From Sedimentisphaerales bacterium (GTDB lineage: Bacteria > Planctomycetota > Phycisphaerae > Sedimentisphaerales > Anaerobacaceae): a DNA stretch of 64,000 nt. Each line of letters opens with the position of its first letter. The stretch's first letter is position 1. Positions 48,780 to 58,654 of the stretch are shown in pieces. The DNA lies in the NCBI GenBank assembly GCA_963708075.1, contig OY970194.1:224001-288000 (forward strand), read 5' to 3'. The notes beneath the pieces were generated by a model that was not told where the DNA came from, searched no databases, and was given only the letters and a program-made list of their open reading frames with translations. The translations under genes were made by a program, and so were the position numbers.

Positions 48780-49145
48780 TCAATTAGGGTGGAACTCCTC
48801 ATTGGAGTCATCCTCATCAGGCTCGTCCTCGTCGGCTTCCTCTTCGTCATCGTCCTCCTCATCCAGCAGGTCTTCATCGAGCAGGTCCTCGTCCTCTTCG
48901 GAGGCGTCCATCTGCTGATCGAACGTCCAGCTATTCAGGGCGGCCACAAGGATCTCCGTACCGATCCTTTCCCTGTCGGCCTCGTTGATGTCGGCCAGCG
49001 TCCTGGCCATCCAATCGATGAGCCCGTTGACAGCATTGACGCAATCGTCGAATTCCAGATGCCCTGCGCCGTCGGCGCCGGTGATCGTTCCGTGCTCCAT
49101 GACCTTGATGACAAGCGTTGCCTTCGGTTTCGAGAAGTCTTCCAT
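48780..49145 (-). CDS. Small hypothetical protein with Asp/Glu-rich tail
   Basis: 121-aa ORF whose C-terminal ~35 aa are almost all D/E. Confidence 0.65.
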   Translation of the reverse strand: MEDFSKPKATLVIKVMEHGTITGADGAGHLEFDDCVNAVNGLIDWMARTLADINEADRERIGTEILVAALNSWTFDQQMDASEEDEDLLDEDLLDEEDDDEEEADEDEPDEDDSNEEFHPN

Positions 49146-49253
49146 AGGAGTTATCGCCTTTTCGGTTGTCGAACGTCGTCACGTTTCACTGCTGCTACTG
49201 CCATTATAGCCACTGCCCTTGGAAACTGAAAACCGAAATGGACAAGGCTCTCG

Positions 49254-50477
49254 TCAGTTGCGGGTCAAGGGTACATCGTCGGGCGAGGAGACCCATAGCA
49301 GGGGCTGGGTCACGGCCATGTTCCGCTGCACTTCGGCGTCAGTCGGGTCGGGATCGAGCGTCTTCCACAGGTCGAGGTAGCCCCCTTCGCCGAAGGCGTA
49401 GCCGGCAAAGAGCAGCGCGGGCTGTCGGACGGGCCAGGCCTCGAAGTGCTCCACGTCCGGCTTGTGCGGCCATTTGCTCTTGTCCCGCAAGAAGGGGTAG
49501 AGATACTCCACGGCTCTGCGGATGCCCCGGCCGTCGGGCAGGGTGAACGCCCAGAGGTTGTCCTCCGGCGTTGAGAGCAACTGACACAGGATGGCCATGT
49601 TGTCCAACTGAAAGATCGAGTAGCCATAGGGTTTGGTCCTCGCCAGTTCCTGCGGGAAGCTGCCGTCGGGGGCCATCTGCTGGGGGATGAAGACCTCCTT
49701 GTAGCGTCTTCGGCACAGATCGAGCTTCTGTGCATCGCCCGTCAGCCTGGCAAAGGCGGCAAGCTGGACCATGTACGCCACACTGTGGTTGTTCTTGGCG
49801 TTCATCTCGTCCAGGCCATAGGGATGCGTGGTCATCCACTGGGCGTAGTCGGCGAACCACTTCTTCAAGCCCGCGAGGATGTCCGGCGTCATCGCCCGGG
49901 ATTTGTCGATGGCCATGATCGCCGGCGGGACCTCCGCCAGATGGAGCGTGTCGATGATGCCGATCCCGCGGCCGGAGGACCGCCCAGGGATGGCCTGGGC
50001 ATAGAGCAGGCTGGAATTCATCTTCGTGGCCTCATCAAGGAAGAATACCTTGAGCAGCGCCACGGCTTTCTCGGCGTACTTCTCCTGTCCATCGATAGCG
50101 TAGGCAGCCGCCAGGGCCGTCACAGCGTCGCGCATATTGCGAAGCGCCATGCGATGCGCCGAGAAATTGTTCGGGTTGGACTGACCGTCGCGACGAATGT
50201 AAGGCAGGCCATCCGGCTTGTTCGGATCGGGCCACCAGTAATCCCCGTTGGAGTAGAAATCGTGCGGGCCGCCTTCACTGAGCCTGGCGGGGAATTGCGT
50301 GATCGAAATCGGCGCGGCGCCAAGGGCCTGATCGGCCAGCTTGAGGATACGCTGCCGGTCGAACGCCGCGATCTCCAATGCCTGTTTGCGATGGGACACC
50401 GCCTTCGATGGGGCCTCTTTCGCCATTGCCAGGCCTGTGCATGCAATACACACGATGCTCAACACCAATAGGTGCAT
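49254..50477 (-). CDS. Alginate lyase-family protein
   Basis: HDFYSNGDYWWP..PYIRRDG, GIID, NNHS, ELARTKPYGYSIF; signal peptide. Confidence 0.85.
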   Translation of the reverse strand: MHLLVLSIVCIACTGLAMAKEAPSKAVSHRKQALEIAAFDRQRILKLADQALGAAPISITQFPARLSEGGPHDFYSNGDYWWPDPNKPDGLPYIRRDGQSNPNNFSAHRMALRNMRDAVTALAAAYAIDGQEKYAEKAVALLKVFFLDEATKMNSSLLYAQAIPGRSSGRGIGIIDTLHLAEVPPAIMAIDKSRAMTPDILAGLKKWFADYAQWMTTHPYGLDEMNAKNNHSVAYMVQLAAFARLTGDAQKLDLCRRRYKEVFIPQQMAPDGSFPQELARTKPYGYSIFQLDNMAILCQLLSTPEDNLWAFTLPDGRGIRRAVEYLYPFLRDKSKWPHKPDVEHFEAWPVRQPALLFAGYAFGEGGYLDLWKTLDPDPTDAEVQRNMAVTQPLLWVSSPDDVPLTRN

Positions 50478-50512
50478 ATTCCAGCCCTTTCCCAACTCTT
50501 CATTTGCATATA

Positions 50513-51871
50513 TCAGCGGAAGGACTGCACGCTACGAAGCGTTATGATAATATCGTCTGTGAAGGCCGGCAGGACGATTTTGTCGACCTGATGCAGTCCC
50601 TCGGATCGATGTTCCCGCGTACTGAGGACAGTGAGGTCGGCGGGCCGCTGGAAGGTGATGCGATAGCCGCCGGGGGGAAGGCGAATCTGGGCGGTCGCCC
50701 CCGTGACGGCTTGGCCGGTGGCTCGCGTGCACAGGTACAGGACCGCTGTCGAGCGGTCCGGGTGGGCCAGCGTCGCCCAGACGAGAGACGGGTCGTCAAC
50801 TGTCAGAGCGGTGTAGTTGGGATTCAGTTGCCAGAAGGGCAGGGCCCGGAGGAAATCCGCCATGGGCCGGAGGAACTCCTCGCCGGGGGCCTTGTAGTCC
50901 GTCGCGTCGATTCCCTCGCAGCCGTCCCACGAGTGCCACGTCCAGAAGCACCCGGCCGAGCACCATAACCAGCCCTGTTTTCGCCGGTGGACGCCGTCAT
51001 TGTTGCCGTGCCGATTCTCCCGGCCGGACTCGTTGCACCATGCGGGCTTGCCGTGCGACCGCGTGTTGCGGGCCAGCGCAAGGTACCAGTTCTTCAGGTC
51101 ATGACTTTCGCTGGACGAGGTGCAGGTGTGATTGATAGCCAGGTCCAGCCAAGTCCGGTCGGGCCAGGCGGCGTCATCGGTCGTGCCGTCGGAGGTGCAC
51201 ACGGGCCGGCCGTACGGGTCGTTCTCCCGGAAGTACTCCGCCACGGCCTTCTGAAACGCCTCGTTGCCGAGGTACTCGTTGGCGATCTCCCACGTCAGGA
51301 TGTTGGCGTATTTGCCGAGCCGCTGCAAGGTCTGGGCCCAGTATGGCCGCTGAGATTCGATCTGATCCGGCGAGAGCCTGAGCGTGCAGTAGAGCACGAC
51401 GTCGAAGCCGATGCCTTTCTCGCCGGCCATGCGAATCCGCCGCTCCACCTCATCCCAGTACGCTTCGTTGAACTGCGACCACACGGGTGCATCGCGGCTG
51501 CCTCCCCAAGGCCACAACTCGATCCCCGCTGTCTCGTAGTAGTATTGTCCCTCCAGGCTCACGCGAAGGACGTTGACTCCCTGCCGGCCGGCTCGGTCGA
51601 GCACCGCTTCCGGACGCTTGCAGCCAAAATAGAGCCAGGCGGTCTTATTGAGGATGAACAGATGCCGCCCCTCGGCATTGACGAGCTGAAAGGGGTAATT
51701 CGGATCGACCCGATAGGACGACGCCCAGGGCTCGGGGAACTTGACCAGGGTGTTCCCTCCCGCCGGCACATGAGCGGCGCTAGCGGCGGAGCACCCGACA
51801 CCGGCGAAGGCGACGAGAAGGACCCAGATGCGTACTGTAACTTCATGATTCATGATCTTCAGGGGATGCAT
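50513..51871 (-). CDS. Glycoside hydrolase-like TIM-barrel protein (DUF4038/apiosidase-like)
   Basis: NEAYWDEVERRI, WEIANE, KPAWCNE; secreted. Confidence 0.7.
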   Translation of the reverse strand: MHPLKIMNHEVTVRIWVLLVAFAGVGCSAASAAHVPAGGNTLVKFPEPWASSYRVDPNYPFQLVNAEGRHLFILNKTAWLYFGCKRPEAVLDRAGRQGVNVLRVSLEGQYYYETAGIELWPWGGSRDAPVWSQFNEAYWDEVERRIRMAGEKGIGFDVVLYCTLRLSPDQIESQRPYWAQTLQRLGKYANILTWEIANEYLGNEAFQKAVAEYFRENDPYGRPVCTSDGTTDDAAWPDRTWLDLAINHTCTSSSESHDLKNWYLALARNTRSHGKPAWCNESGRENRHGNNDGVHRRKQGWLWCSAGCFWTWHSWDGCEGIDATDYKAPGEEFLRPMADFLRALPFWQLNPNYTALTVDDPSLVWATLAHPDRSTAVLYLCTRATGQAVTGATAQIRLPPGGYRITFQRPADLTVLSTREHRSEGLHQVDKIVLPAFTDDIIITLRSVQSFR

Positions 51872-51886
51872 CGTGCTTCTCCGATC

Positions 51887-52972
51887 CTATGGTTGTCTGT
51901 TTACGTCAGGGTCCTTGCGATCATAACGTCCCTTGAACAGTTTGAGGAGTTGTTCCCGGGTTTGCGGGCGGCCCTCGTTGTCGAGAAAGACCCGCGTCCA
52001 GGGCGGCCGCGTGTTCGGGTCCACGAGAATCCCGTAAGCCTCGACGTTACGCACGTTCTGCTGGCCCAGCTTGGGGACCCAGAGCCCGCCGTACTTGCGA
52101 TCGAGTTGCGGCTTGAACGGCTGGAGCGAGAAGATCCGCCAGCCCGGCTTCTCGGCGGGGAGTTTGCTCAGCAGTTTGCCCTGTGCATCGACGGCATACG
52201 AGCCCCCGCGAAAGATGGTCATCACGATGGGCATCCCGCTGTCGAACGCGCGGGTCGGGACGATGTGGCCCATGTCGTCCGCGATGGATTGGTGCAGGAT
52301 CACGTGCGCGCCGAGCAATTCCTCGCAGCGGACAGTCTCCGGGAACCACATGTCCGAACAGATGCTGATGCCATACCTGACGCCGTCATACTCGATGGGC
52401 TTGAGTGACTCGCCCTGCGACCAGCCCCACCATGTCTGCTCGCCAAGATTGGCGTGTACCTTGCGATACTTGCCGACGAAGCGACCGTCGGGAGCCAGGA
52501 GGAACGAGCAGTTATAGAGCCTGTCGGCCTCCTTCTCGACCAGCCAGCCCAGGATGGCGGTCTGAGTCTCAGTCGTCAGCGCCTTGTACCGCGAATACCA
52601 CGATCCATCGCCGGGGACGAATTCGGCCAGGCCATTGATGATCTTCTCTTCGGGGTAGGGCCAGCCGGAGATGGCATACTCCGGAAAGACGATCAGATCG
52701 GGCTTGGCCTTCGCCGCCTCGCGGGCCAGCCCCGCAAACAGGTTGAAGTTAGCCTCGCAACCTGGATTGCCATTTCTGTCGTGCTCCGTTCCGGCCTGCA
52801 GTACGGCCACCTTCACGACCCTGTTAGGGTCATGATTTGCCTTCGCGCCATCGAACAGCACCGCACGTGAATCGGGGACACCAGCCGGCGACTCGGCCGG
52901 GCCACAGGTCCCGGTGCTCAGAGGTAATGCCAGCACGAAAACAATGCTGTGACACAAGGCTTGCAGATTCAT
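51887..52972 (-). CDS. Secreted carbon-nitrogen hydrolase family protein
   Basis: VFPE, KYRK, ICSDMWFPE. Confidence 0.87.
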   Translation of the reverse strand: MNLQALCHSIVFVLALPLSTGTCGPAESPAGVPDSRAVLFDGAKANHDPNRVVKVAVLQAGTEHDRNGNPGCEANFNLFAGLAREAAKAKPDLIVFPEYAISGWPYPEEKIINGLAEFVPGDGSWYSRYKALTTETQTAILGWLVEKEADRLYNCSFLLAPDGRFVGKYRKVHANLGEQTWWGWSQGESLKPIEYDGVRYGISICSDMWFPETVRCEELLGAHVILHQSIADDMGHIVPTRAFDSGMPIVMTIFRGGSYAVDAQGKLLSKLPAEKPGWRIFSLQPFKPQLDRKYGGLWVPKLGQQNVRNVEAYGILVDPNTRPPWTRVFLDNEGRPQTREQLLKLFKGRYDRKDPDVNRQP

Positions 52973-54804
52973 AGCGTTTTGTCCGTAGGATCAGTTACTC
53001 TGCCCATGAACAGGATACTTCCCGTGTGATTCTCCTGGATGAGGAACAGGAAAGGATGATCGGCTCGGAACGTGGGCGGTTCTCTTGGAGGCCTGAATCC
53101 TCTTGATTTCGTTGACCCAATCATGGTTGTCGCGGCGGTAGCCTCAGTCCCTTCCTCGTTCACTTCCACGTACGCTTTCTGAATCACGGCACTGATGTGC
53201 AGATCAGGTTCGCCTGTCATTCCCGCAAGGTTGGCCTGCCACATCTTGAAGGCATCTGTCATGCCCATGACCTGGAGCGTCTGATCCAGTTGGTGCTGAG
53301 AAGTCATGGTGAACTTGGGCAGGAAGACCGCGACTTTTGTCTCCCTCAGTCCGGACCTCCACTCTGTCAGGTTTTCCGGGGACAGGCTTGCCTCCAGGTC
53401 ACTCAGGCCATCGATCTTGTCCGGCAGGAGCACGAGCATGGAGGTACTACCTCCGACGTACGCCAGTTCCAGGATCTGCAGTGACTTTGTCTGGCTGTAC
53501 CTGGCCTTCAGAGTGCCTGTCATCGTCGGCGCGTTCACCGACCTCGAAGTTGTGATATGAAACGGCAGGCTCCCTGTAAAGCGAGTGTTGAACGAGGTCT
53601 GCCACGAGCCTTTGAAGTAGATGGCATCGACCAGTATGAGCCTTGTAAGCTCATTCAGGGCGCTTGGCTCAAGGATATCCATGATCTTGCCGTTTGTCTT
53701 CTGCTCGACCCATTCATTGATGTTCTTGCACGCCTGCTGGCGGTCGCGGTAGTCAAGCGGGGTGACGGAAACGCCGTAGTGCTGCTTCACCAACGTCAGG
53801 TACTCCTGCAGGAGCGAGTATCCGTCCTGTACCCAGAGCGAATTGGCCATGCCTATTGTGATGTCGCCGGCCCTCTGCAGACTCGCCAAGTGTGCCTGTA
53901 GTTGGGCGAAGGCTGGATGCGGCTGATCCTGGTCTGGAGGGAAATGCAGGACCTGCGCCATCTGTTGCCGCGTGGCGTCTTTCGCTCCGGCGTACACCAT
54001 CGCCAGGGCCGTCGAAAGGCTGTACGGCGAGAAGAACAGATTCCCCTCCGCTTTGCGAAGCTGCTGGTAGAGGTCCAACGCAAACGTCGTGTTCCCCTGA
54101 ACAACCCCTCTGACTTGAGCAGGTGACGCCATGTCGGCCTTGGAAAGCCCCGGGAATCCGCTGCAGGGCGATCTGCCGGTCAGCCACAAGTAAGACACGC
54201 TGCCTATCAGAGCAGCGGCCCAGATGCCCGACAGGCACATGCTCACGCCGCCTAACCAGCTTGTGCCTGCCTGGAGTCGGCAGTTCCTGGGAGGCCGCCA
54301 GGCCAGGAATCCAAGAACAAGAGCAAAGATGCCCGACAGGATCAAACCCGGTAGGACGAACGGCATATAGGGTACGTTCTCAGGGGCTGCCCTGAGAGCC
54401 AGCGAGGCAAGAGGGATTGCCAGGCAAGCAGGTACCAGGAGTGCCAACGATGAGCCTGCCGCCAGACGTGAGATGGTCGTTCCGGCCATAGGACAGCTCT
54501 CGTGCGTGCCTCGCGCCAAACGCAGGACGCTGATCGCATTCACAGCGGCAATGCTGCCCAAGAGGGGATCCAGGCCGACGAGCAGAAGCACGCCCGCCAA
54601 TAGCACAAGCGGGGGCCCAACGAGTGTCCATGGTTCGGACATATCGGCCACAAGTACCGCGGTTGAGATGTAGAACGCAGCACCCAAGGCGCTCGATAGA
54701 ACAATCGCCCATGTGAGGCGGCGCAATGTCTTGATTCGCTTGTCGAGGCTTGATGCCGAGGGCATCGGGGCCGCACCTGCTCTGCTGTCAACGCAATCGG
54801 TCAT
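52969..54804 (-). CDS. Serpin with multi-pass N-terminal membrane domain
   Basis: NLFFSPYS, INEWVEQKTNGKI, AIYFKGSW, LPKF, VNEEGTEATAAT, FRADHPFLF; GAGGAG RBS before 54804. Confidence 0.9.
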   Translation of the reverse strand: MTDCVDSRAGAAPMPSASSLDKRIKTLRRLTWAIVLSSALGAAFYISTAVLVADMSEPWTLVGPPLVLLAGVLLLVGLDPLLGSIAAVNAISVLRLARGTHESCPMAGTTISRLAAGSSLALLVPACLAIPLASLALRAAPENVPYMPFVLPGLILSGIFALVLGFLAWRPPRNCRLQAGTSWLGGVSMCLSGIWAAALIGSVSYLWLTGRSPCSGFPGLSKADMASPAQVRGVVQGNTTFALDLYQQLRKAEGNLFFSPYSLSTALAMVYAGAKDATRQQMAQVLHFPPDQDQPHPAFAQLQAHLASLQRAGDITIGMANSLWVQDGYSLLQEYLTLVKQHYGVSVTPLDYRDRQQACKNINEWVEQKTNGKIMDILEPSALNELTRLILVDAIYFKGSWQTSFNTRFTGSLPFHITTSRSVNAPTMTGTLKARYSQTKSLQILELAYVGGSTSMLVLLPDKIDGLSDLEASLSPENLTEWRSGLRETKVAVFLPKFTMTSQHQLDQTLQVMGMTDAFKMWQANLAGMTGEPDLHISAVIQKAYVEVNEEGTEATAATTMIGSTKSRGFRPPREPPTFRADHPFLFLIQENHTGSILFMGRVTDPTDKTL

Positions 54805-55126
54805 GCCCATTCTCCTCGCCACATACAGAGTTTCATCCACCGGGGTCGTCCCTGCGAGGACATGATACCGGGAACCCAATCCGTTGTCATGCGGTTACGG
54901 ACCGCAAAATCCAGGTGGGGTATGCGTAAGAAGCCGCACACATTGTCGTTGCACGGGCGGGGGCCAATGCTATAATCGCTATTGAATGGAGCCGTGTGGC
55001 AGGCACGGGTCCTGGGTGTTCGGATCGAGTGTGGAGTTGAAGCAGTTCCATCAGTATGGGCGGTAAGCTGCCCATCTTGCCAACCTGAGAGCTGGCAGCT
55101 CACAACCGGATTCAGGAGATCGGCTC

Positions 55127-55507
55127 ATGTCTACACGGATTGTAGGGATGCATGTCGCAGCAGTCCTGGCTCTCCTCAGCACCGTTGCAGTAGCGCAACC
55201 GGTCTCGCCTTTCCCGCCGGGCACTCTCGTCACACCGGGGCCGACCGAGTTGGATAAGGCGTATCAGTATTCCACGATCGGTCAGGAATTGGCGTATGCC
55301 AAAATCAGGGAAAACGCAGGCGGCAAGCCGGACGGCGTAGCGCCAAATCCAAAGCCGCAGATCGGGGGCGGCTTTCCCTCTTCGCTGCTTCCCGCTCCCG
55401 CCAGGGTCAGTCCTCTGTCCTCGGCCTTCAATCCCGCTGTTTCGTCGCTTTGTCCGCCGCCATCCTGGCTCGCCGGCAGGCTGGAGGCCGCGGGATACAG
55501 ACTGTAG
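55127..55507 (+). CDS. Possible short secreted protein or gene fragment
   Basis: AGGAG RBS and signal-peptide-like N-terminus; the rest is unrecognisable. Confidence 0.3.
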   Translation: MSTRIVGMHVAAVLALLSTVAVAQPVSPFPPGTLVTPGPTELDKAYQYSTIGQELAYAKIRENAGGKPDGVAPNPKPQIGGGFPSSLLPAPARVSPLSSAFNPAVSSLCPPPSWLAGRLEAAGYRL

Positions 55508-55734
55508 GCTGCCCCGGTCCGCCAATCGCGGCCTGACTTTCCGGGGCAGGGGAATAGGTTCCCCGGCAAGGTGCGGCTTACGATTCTTGCCGCAAATTGC
55601 TTGACCGGTGCCGTGCGAATTGCTAAAGGTGGTGACGCTGTGCTCGAAGGAATCGAGCGGATCCTGGTTCGGCGTGTCATACGAACCGCGGGTCACTGGC
55701 TGAAAAGGGCGGGATACATGATAAAGGTGCTGAT

Positions 55735-56457
55735 ATGACGATGGCGGGACAGTCCACGATACCGATACGGAGACCGGTGTTGCGACCGGCTGAGCAGGGC
55801 AGGCCGGTCGGGCCATTGGGAGAGCGGGTGCGCGAAGGGTTGCGCCAGTGGGCCACGGAAGTGCTGGCGTGCAAGCGCCTCATCGCGCTGTCCCTGGTCT
55901 GCATCGCGGTCGGCCTGGGCTTTGACTACGTCTGCGGCATGTACGTGCACACCATGAAGAGCGTGAAGGTGCCGGACCTCATTCTGGACCTCTTCGCACC
56001 CATCGATCTGAGCTTCCTTTTCATCTACGGCTATGTGTCCCTCATCGCTTCCATGTTCCTGTTCCCTATAGTGTTCCGCATGCGAACGATCCACGTAGTG
56101 GCGTTCCAGTTCAGTCTTCTTCTGGTCGTGCGGTCCCTGTTCATGATCTTCACGCACATGGAGACCCCGGCCGGCGCCGTCTCCGTGAACTATCCGTGGT
56201 TCTTCCGGAGCCTCTACTTCGAGAACGACATGTTCTTCTCGGGCCATACGGCCATGCCGTTCCTCGGCTTCTACCTGTTCCGGCGAAGCTGGCTGCGCTA
56301 CGCGTTTCTCGCCGGCTCCCTTGTGATGGGCTTCGTCGTCCTGGCGATGCACGTCCACTACAGCATCGACGTCCTGGCCGCGTTCTTCATGACCTACGGC
56401 TCCTACCGCATCGGCCACAGGGTTTTGCTGCGCCTGGACCCCGCCTATCGCGGGTAG
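55735..56457 (+). CDS. PAP2-superfamily membrane protein, sphingomyelin-synthase-like
   Basis: DMFFSGHT and HYSIDV motifs, about 6 TM helices. Confidence 0.8.
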   Translation: MTMAGQSTIPIRRPVLRPAEQGRPVGPLGERVREGLRQWATEVLACKRLIALSLVCIAVGLGFDYVCGMYVHTMKSVKVPDLILDLFAPIDLSFLFIYGYVSLIASMFLFPIVFRMRTIHVVAFQFSLLLVVRSLFMIFTHMETPAGAVSVNYPWFFRSLYFENDMFFSGHTAMPFLGFYLFRRSWLRYAFLAGSLVMGFVVLAMHVHYSIDVLAAFFMTYGSYRIGHRVLLRLDPAYRG

Positions 56458-56744
56458 CTGGTCCAAGAACTCATGGTGGAACGAAGTACGGGCGGGTGTC
56501 ACTCCCACATCATTCCCGCGAAGGCGGGAATCCAGAAATCTATTGGATAGCCCGGTGGTTCCGGCCCTTCGGGCCGGGAGTTTTGCGCGTTGGGCCACCA
56601 GCATGATTGACGGCACGCATTGGCTGCAAAGGATGGCTTGAATCAGGCGGTAGCCTGAACCATGCTGGAGGCCGCAATGCGAAAAACTCCCCAAACGCGA
56701 TTCTTCGCGTTTGGGTTCGAGCGGTCCGTCCCTCCCTATTTGAC

Positions 56745-57131
56745 CTATGATGTTGGCAAGTCCCATGCCTCCAGGGATTGGCCGCAGGTGCAGGACTTCT
56801 GATACCAGAAGATCTGAGCTCCGCAGCTCTTGCAGGACCATTGTTTCTCCTGCGCCCCCAGCCACGCCTGTTTGCCGTGCTGCTTGATATATTCCAGGTT
56901 CGGCTCCATGGTCCAGTGGTGCGGCCATTCGTCATGCATGAACGCGGAAAGATCCTTGCACGGGGCCTCGCCGCAAAAGCAGCAGAACTCGACGGTCTTC
57001 TCCCGCGAGCATCGTCGGAACCTGCATTTCGTTACTGTCTCATCGACCTGGTCGCTGCGGCAGCCGCCGCAATCCGTCGCCCCGCAAGCCCCGCAATAAA
57101 GCCCGCACGCACCATATTGTGACTTCTTCAT
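56745..57131 (-). CDS. DUF3795-like Cys-rich protein
   Basis: ACGLYCGAC..CGGC..C...C..FCCFC..PC, plus a C-terminal CxxC..CxC. Confidence 0.8.
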   Translation of the reverse strand: MKKSQYGACGLYCGACGATDCGGCRSDQVDETVTKCRFRRCSREKTVEFCCFCGEAPCKDLSAFMHDEWPHHWTMEPNLEYIKQHGKQAWLGAQEKQWSCKSCGAQIFWYQKSCTCGQSLEAWDLPTS

Positions 57132-57291
57132 AAGGCCCCTTCCACAAGGAGAAAGTCACGCGTATAGTTGACAAGGACATTCTGTCTTCTCTGCTGCACC
57201 AGCGCACGTAAACTACACGAGAGAGAATGCTTATGCAAGCGTAAGCGTAACACGACGCTTGCTTCTGACGACGACCTCGGGAGGGCGGCTG

Positions 57292-58635
57292 TCAGAGCCC
57301 TTGAAGGTGGAGGCGGGCGAGGAGGGCGGCGCCTTTGGTGGAGGAGTCCTGCTCGGGGACGTAGCGGGCGGGGCGCATCCACTTTTGTTTGGCGCGGATC
57401 AGGGCGGGGTTGAGGGCGCCGCCGGTGACGTGGATCGTGTCACGCAGAGGGATCTGGCGCTCGATCTCATCGAGGTGGTTCTTCTGGTATTGGCACAGGC
57501 CGCGGACGATGGCGGCGAGGATTTCCTCCCGGGTGGTGGTCTGGGTCAGGCCCTGTAACTCGGCCTTGAGCGGCTCCAGCGAGTAGCGCGAGCCCATCAG
57601 GTAGGGGACGCAGGTCACGCCGCTGTCACGGTCGAGCCAGGCATCGACGGCGCGAGGCAGGAAGTCGTTGTAGAAATCGTCGTCGGTCAGCTCGCTGCAG
57701 AAGACGCTCTTGAACCATTCGAGGGCCTTGCCGCCGGCGTTCATCACGTGCAGCGTCAGCCAGCGGCCGGGCAGGACGTGGGCGCGGATGTTGTAGTTGA
57801 GCGAAGGCAGGCAGCGGGGCAGGCAGACGAGGCTGATCTCGCACGTGCCGTTGACGTTGATGATGTCACCGGGGTCCCGGATGCCGACGGAGTAGGCGGC
57901 CAGCACGGCGTCGTTGCCGCCGATCAGCACGTCCGGCTCTCTTCTCAGGCCCAGCTCTTTGGCGAGCGACGGGCTGACCTTGCCGACACTCTGCCAGGCG
58001 GGCACAATCTGCGGCAGCCTGTCGAGCGACAAATCAAAGACGCGGGCGATCTCCTCATTCCATGTGAGATCGTTTCGCGTCGTGTTGTACAGGGCGGTGA
58101 GCGAGGCGGAGGATGGATCGATGGCGTAAGCGCCGGTGAGCCAGTGGGCGAGGTAGGTGTTCGAGTGGCCGAACTTGTGGGTTTTGCGGAACAGGTCCGG
58201 ATGGTTCTCCTGGAGCCAGAGGATGCCGGCGAGCGAGCAGCCGCCTGCGACGGGCATATTCGCGGTGATTTCGAGCAGGCGGTCCAGGCCGATCGTGTCG
58301 ATGATTCTCCGGGCCTGGCTGCGGGAGCGCTGATCGAGCATGAGGATCGCCGGGTACAGGGCCGTGCCGTCGGCGGCCATAGCGGTCAGACCCGGCGTCG
58401 TGCCCGACAGGGAGATCACTTCCACGTCGCGGACGAGGTCCTCCATGGCCCGGCATCCGGCGATGAACGCCTCCTTCCACTTGTGTTGCTCGATATCGCC
58501 GCACAGGCCGTCGTTGTACACGTTGATCGCGTAGCCCTGCGAGAATTGGCGGACGGGTTCCAGAGCATCATCGGTCAGGCGGAAGACGCCCATCTTCATG
58601 CTCGTCGTGCCGATATCCACGCCCAGGACCAACAT
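57292..58635 (-). CDS. FGGY-family carbohydrate kinase (xylulokinase-like)
   Basis: LGVDIGTTSMK, DQRS, GGND, GT, TGG. Confidence 0.88.
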   Translation of the reverse strand: MLVLGVDIGTTSMKMGVFRLTDDALEPVRQFSQGYAINVYNDGLCGDIEQHKWKEAFIAGCRAMEDLVRDVEVISLSGTTPGLTAMAADGTALYPAILMLDQRSRSQARRIIDTIGLDRLLEITANMPVAGGCSLAGILWLQENHPDLFRKTHKFGHSNTYLAHWLTGAYAIDPSSASLTALYNTTRNDLTWNEEIARVFDLSLDRLPQIVPAWQSVGKVSPSLAKELGLRREPDVLIGGNDAVLAAYSVGIRDPGDIINVNGTCEISLVCLPRCLPSLNYNIRAHVLPGRWLTLHVMNAGGKALEWFKSVFCSELTDDDFYNDFLPRAVDAWLDRDSGVTCVPYLMGSRYSLEPLKAELQGLTQTTTREEILAAIVRGLCQYQKNHLDEIERQIPLRDTIHVTGGALNPALIRAKQKWMRPARYVPEQDSSTKGAALLARLHLQGL

Positions 58636-58654
58636 GATGTCCACTACTCCAACC

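Noticed and set aside
48780..49145. DNA-mimic or anti-restriction protein
   Set aside because: The acidity is confined to a low-complexity tail and there is no supporting context.
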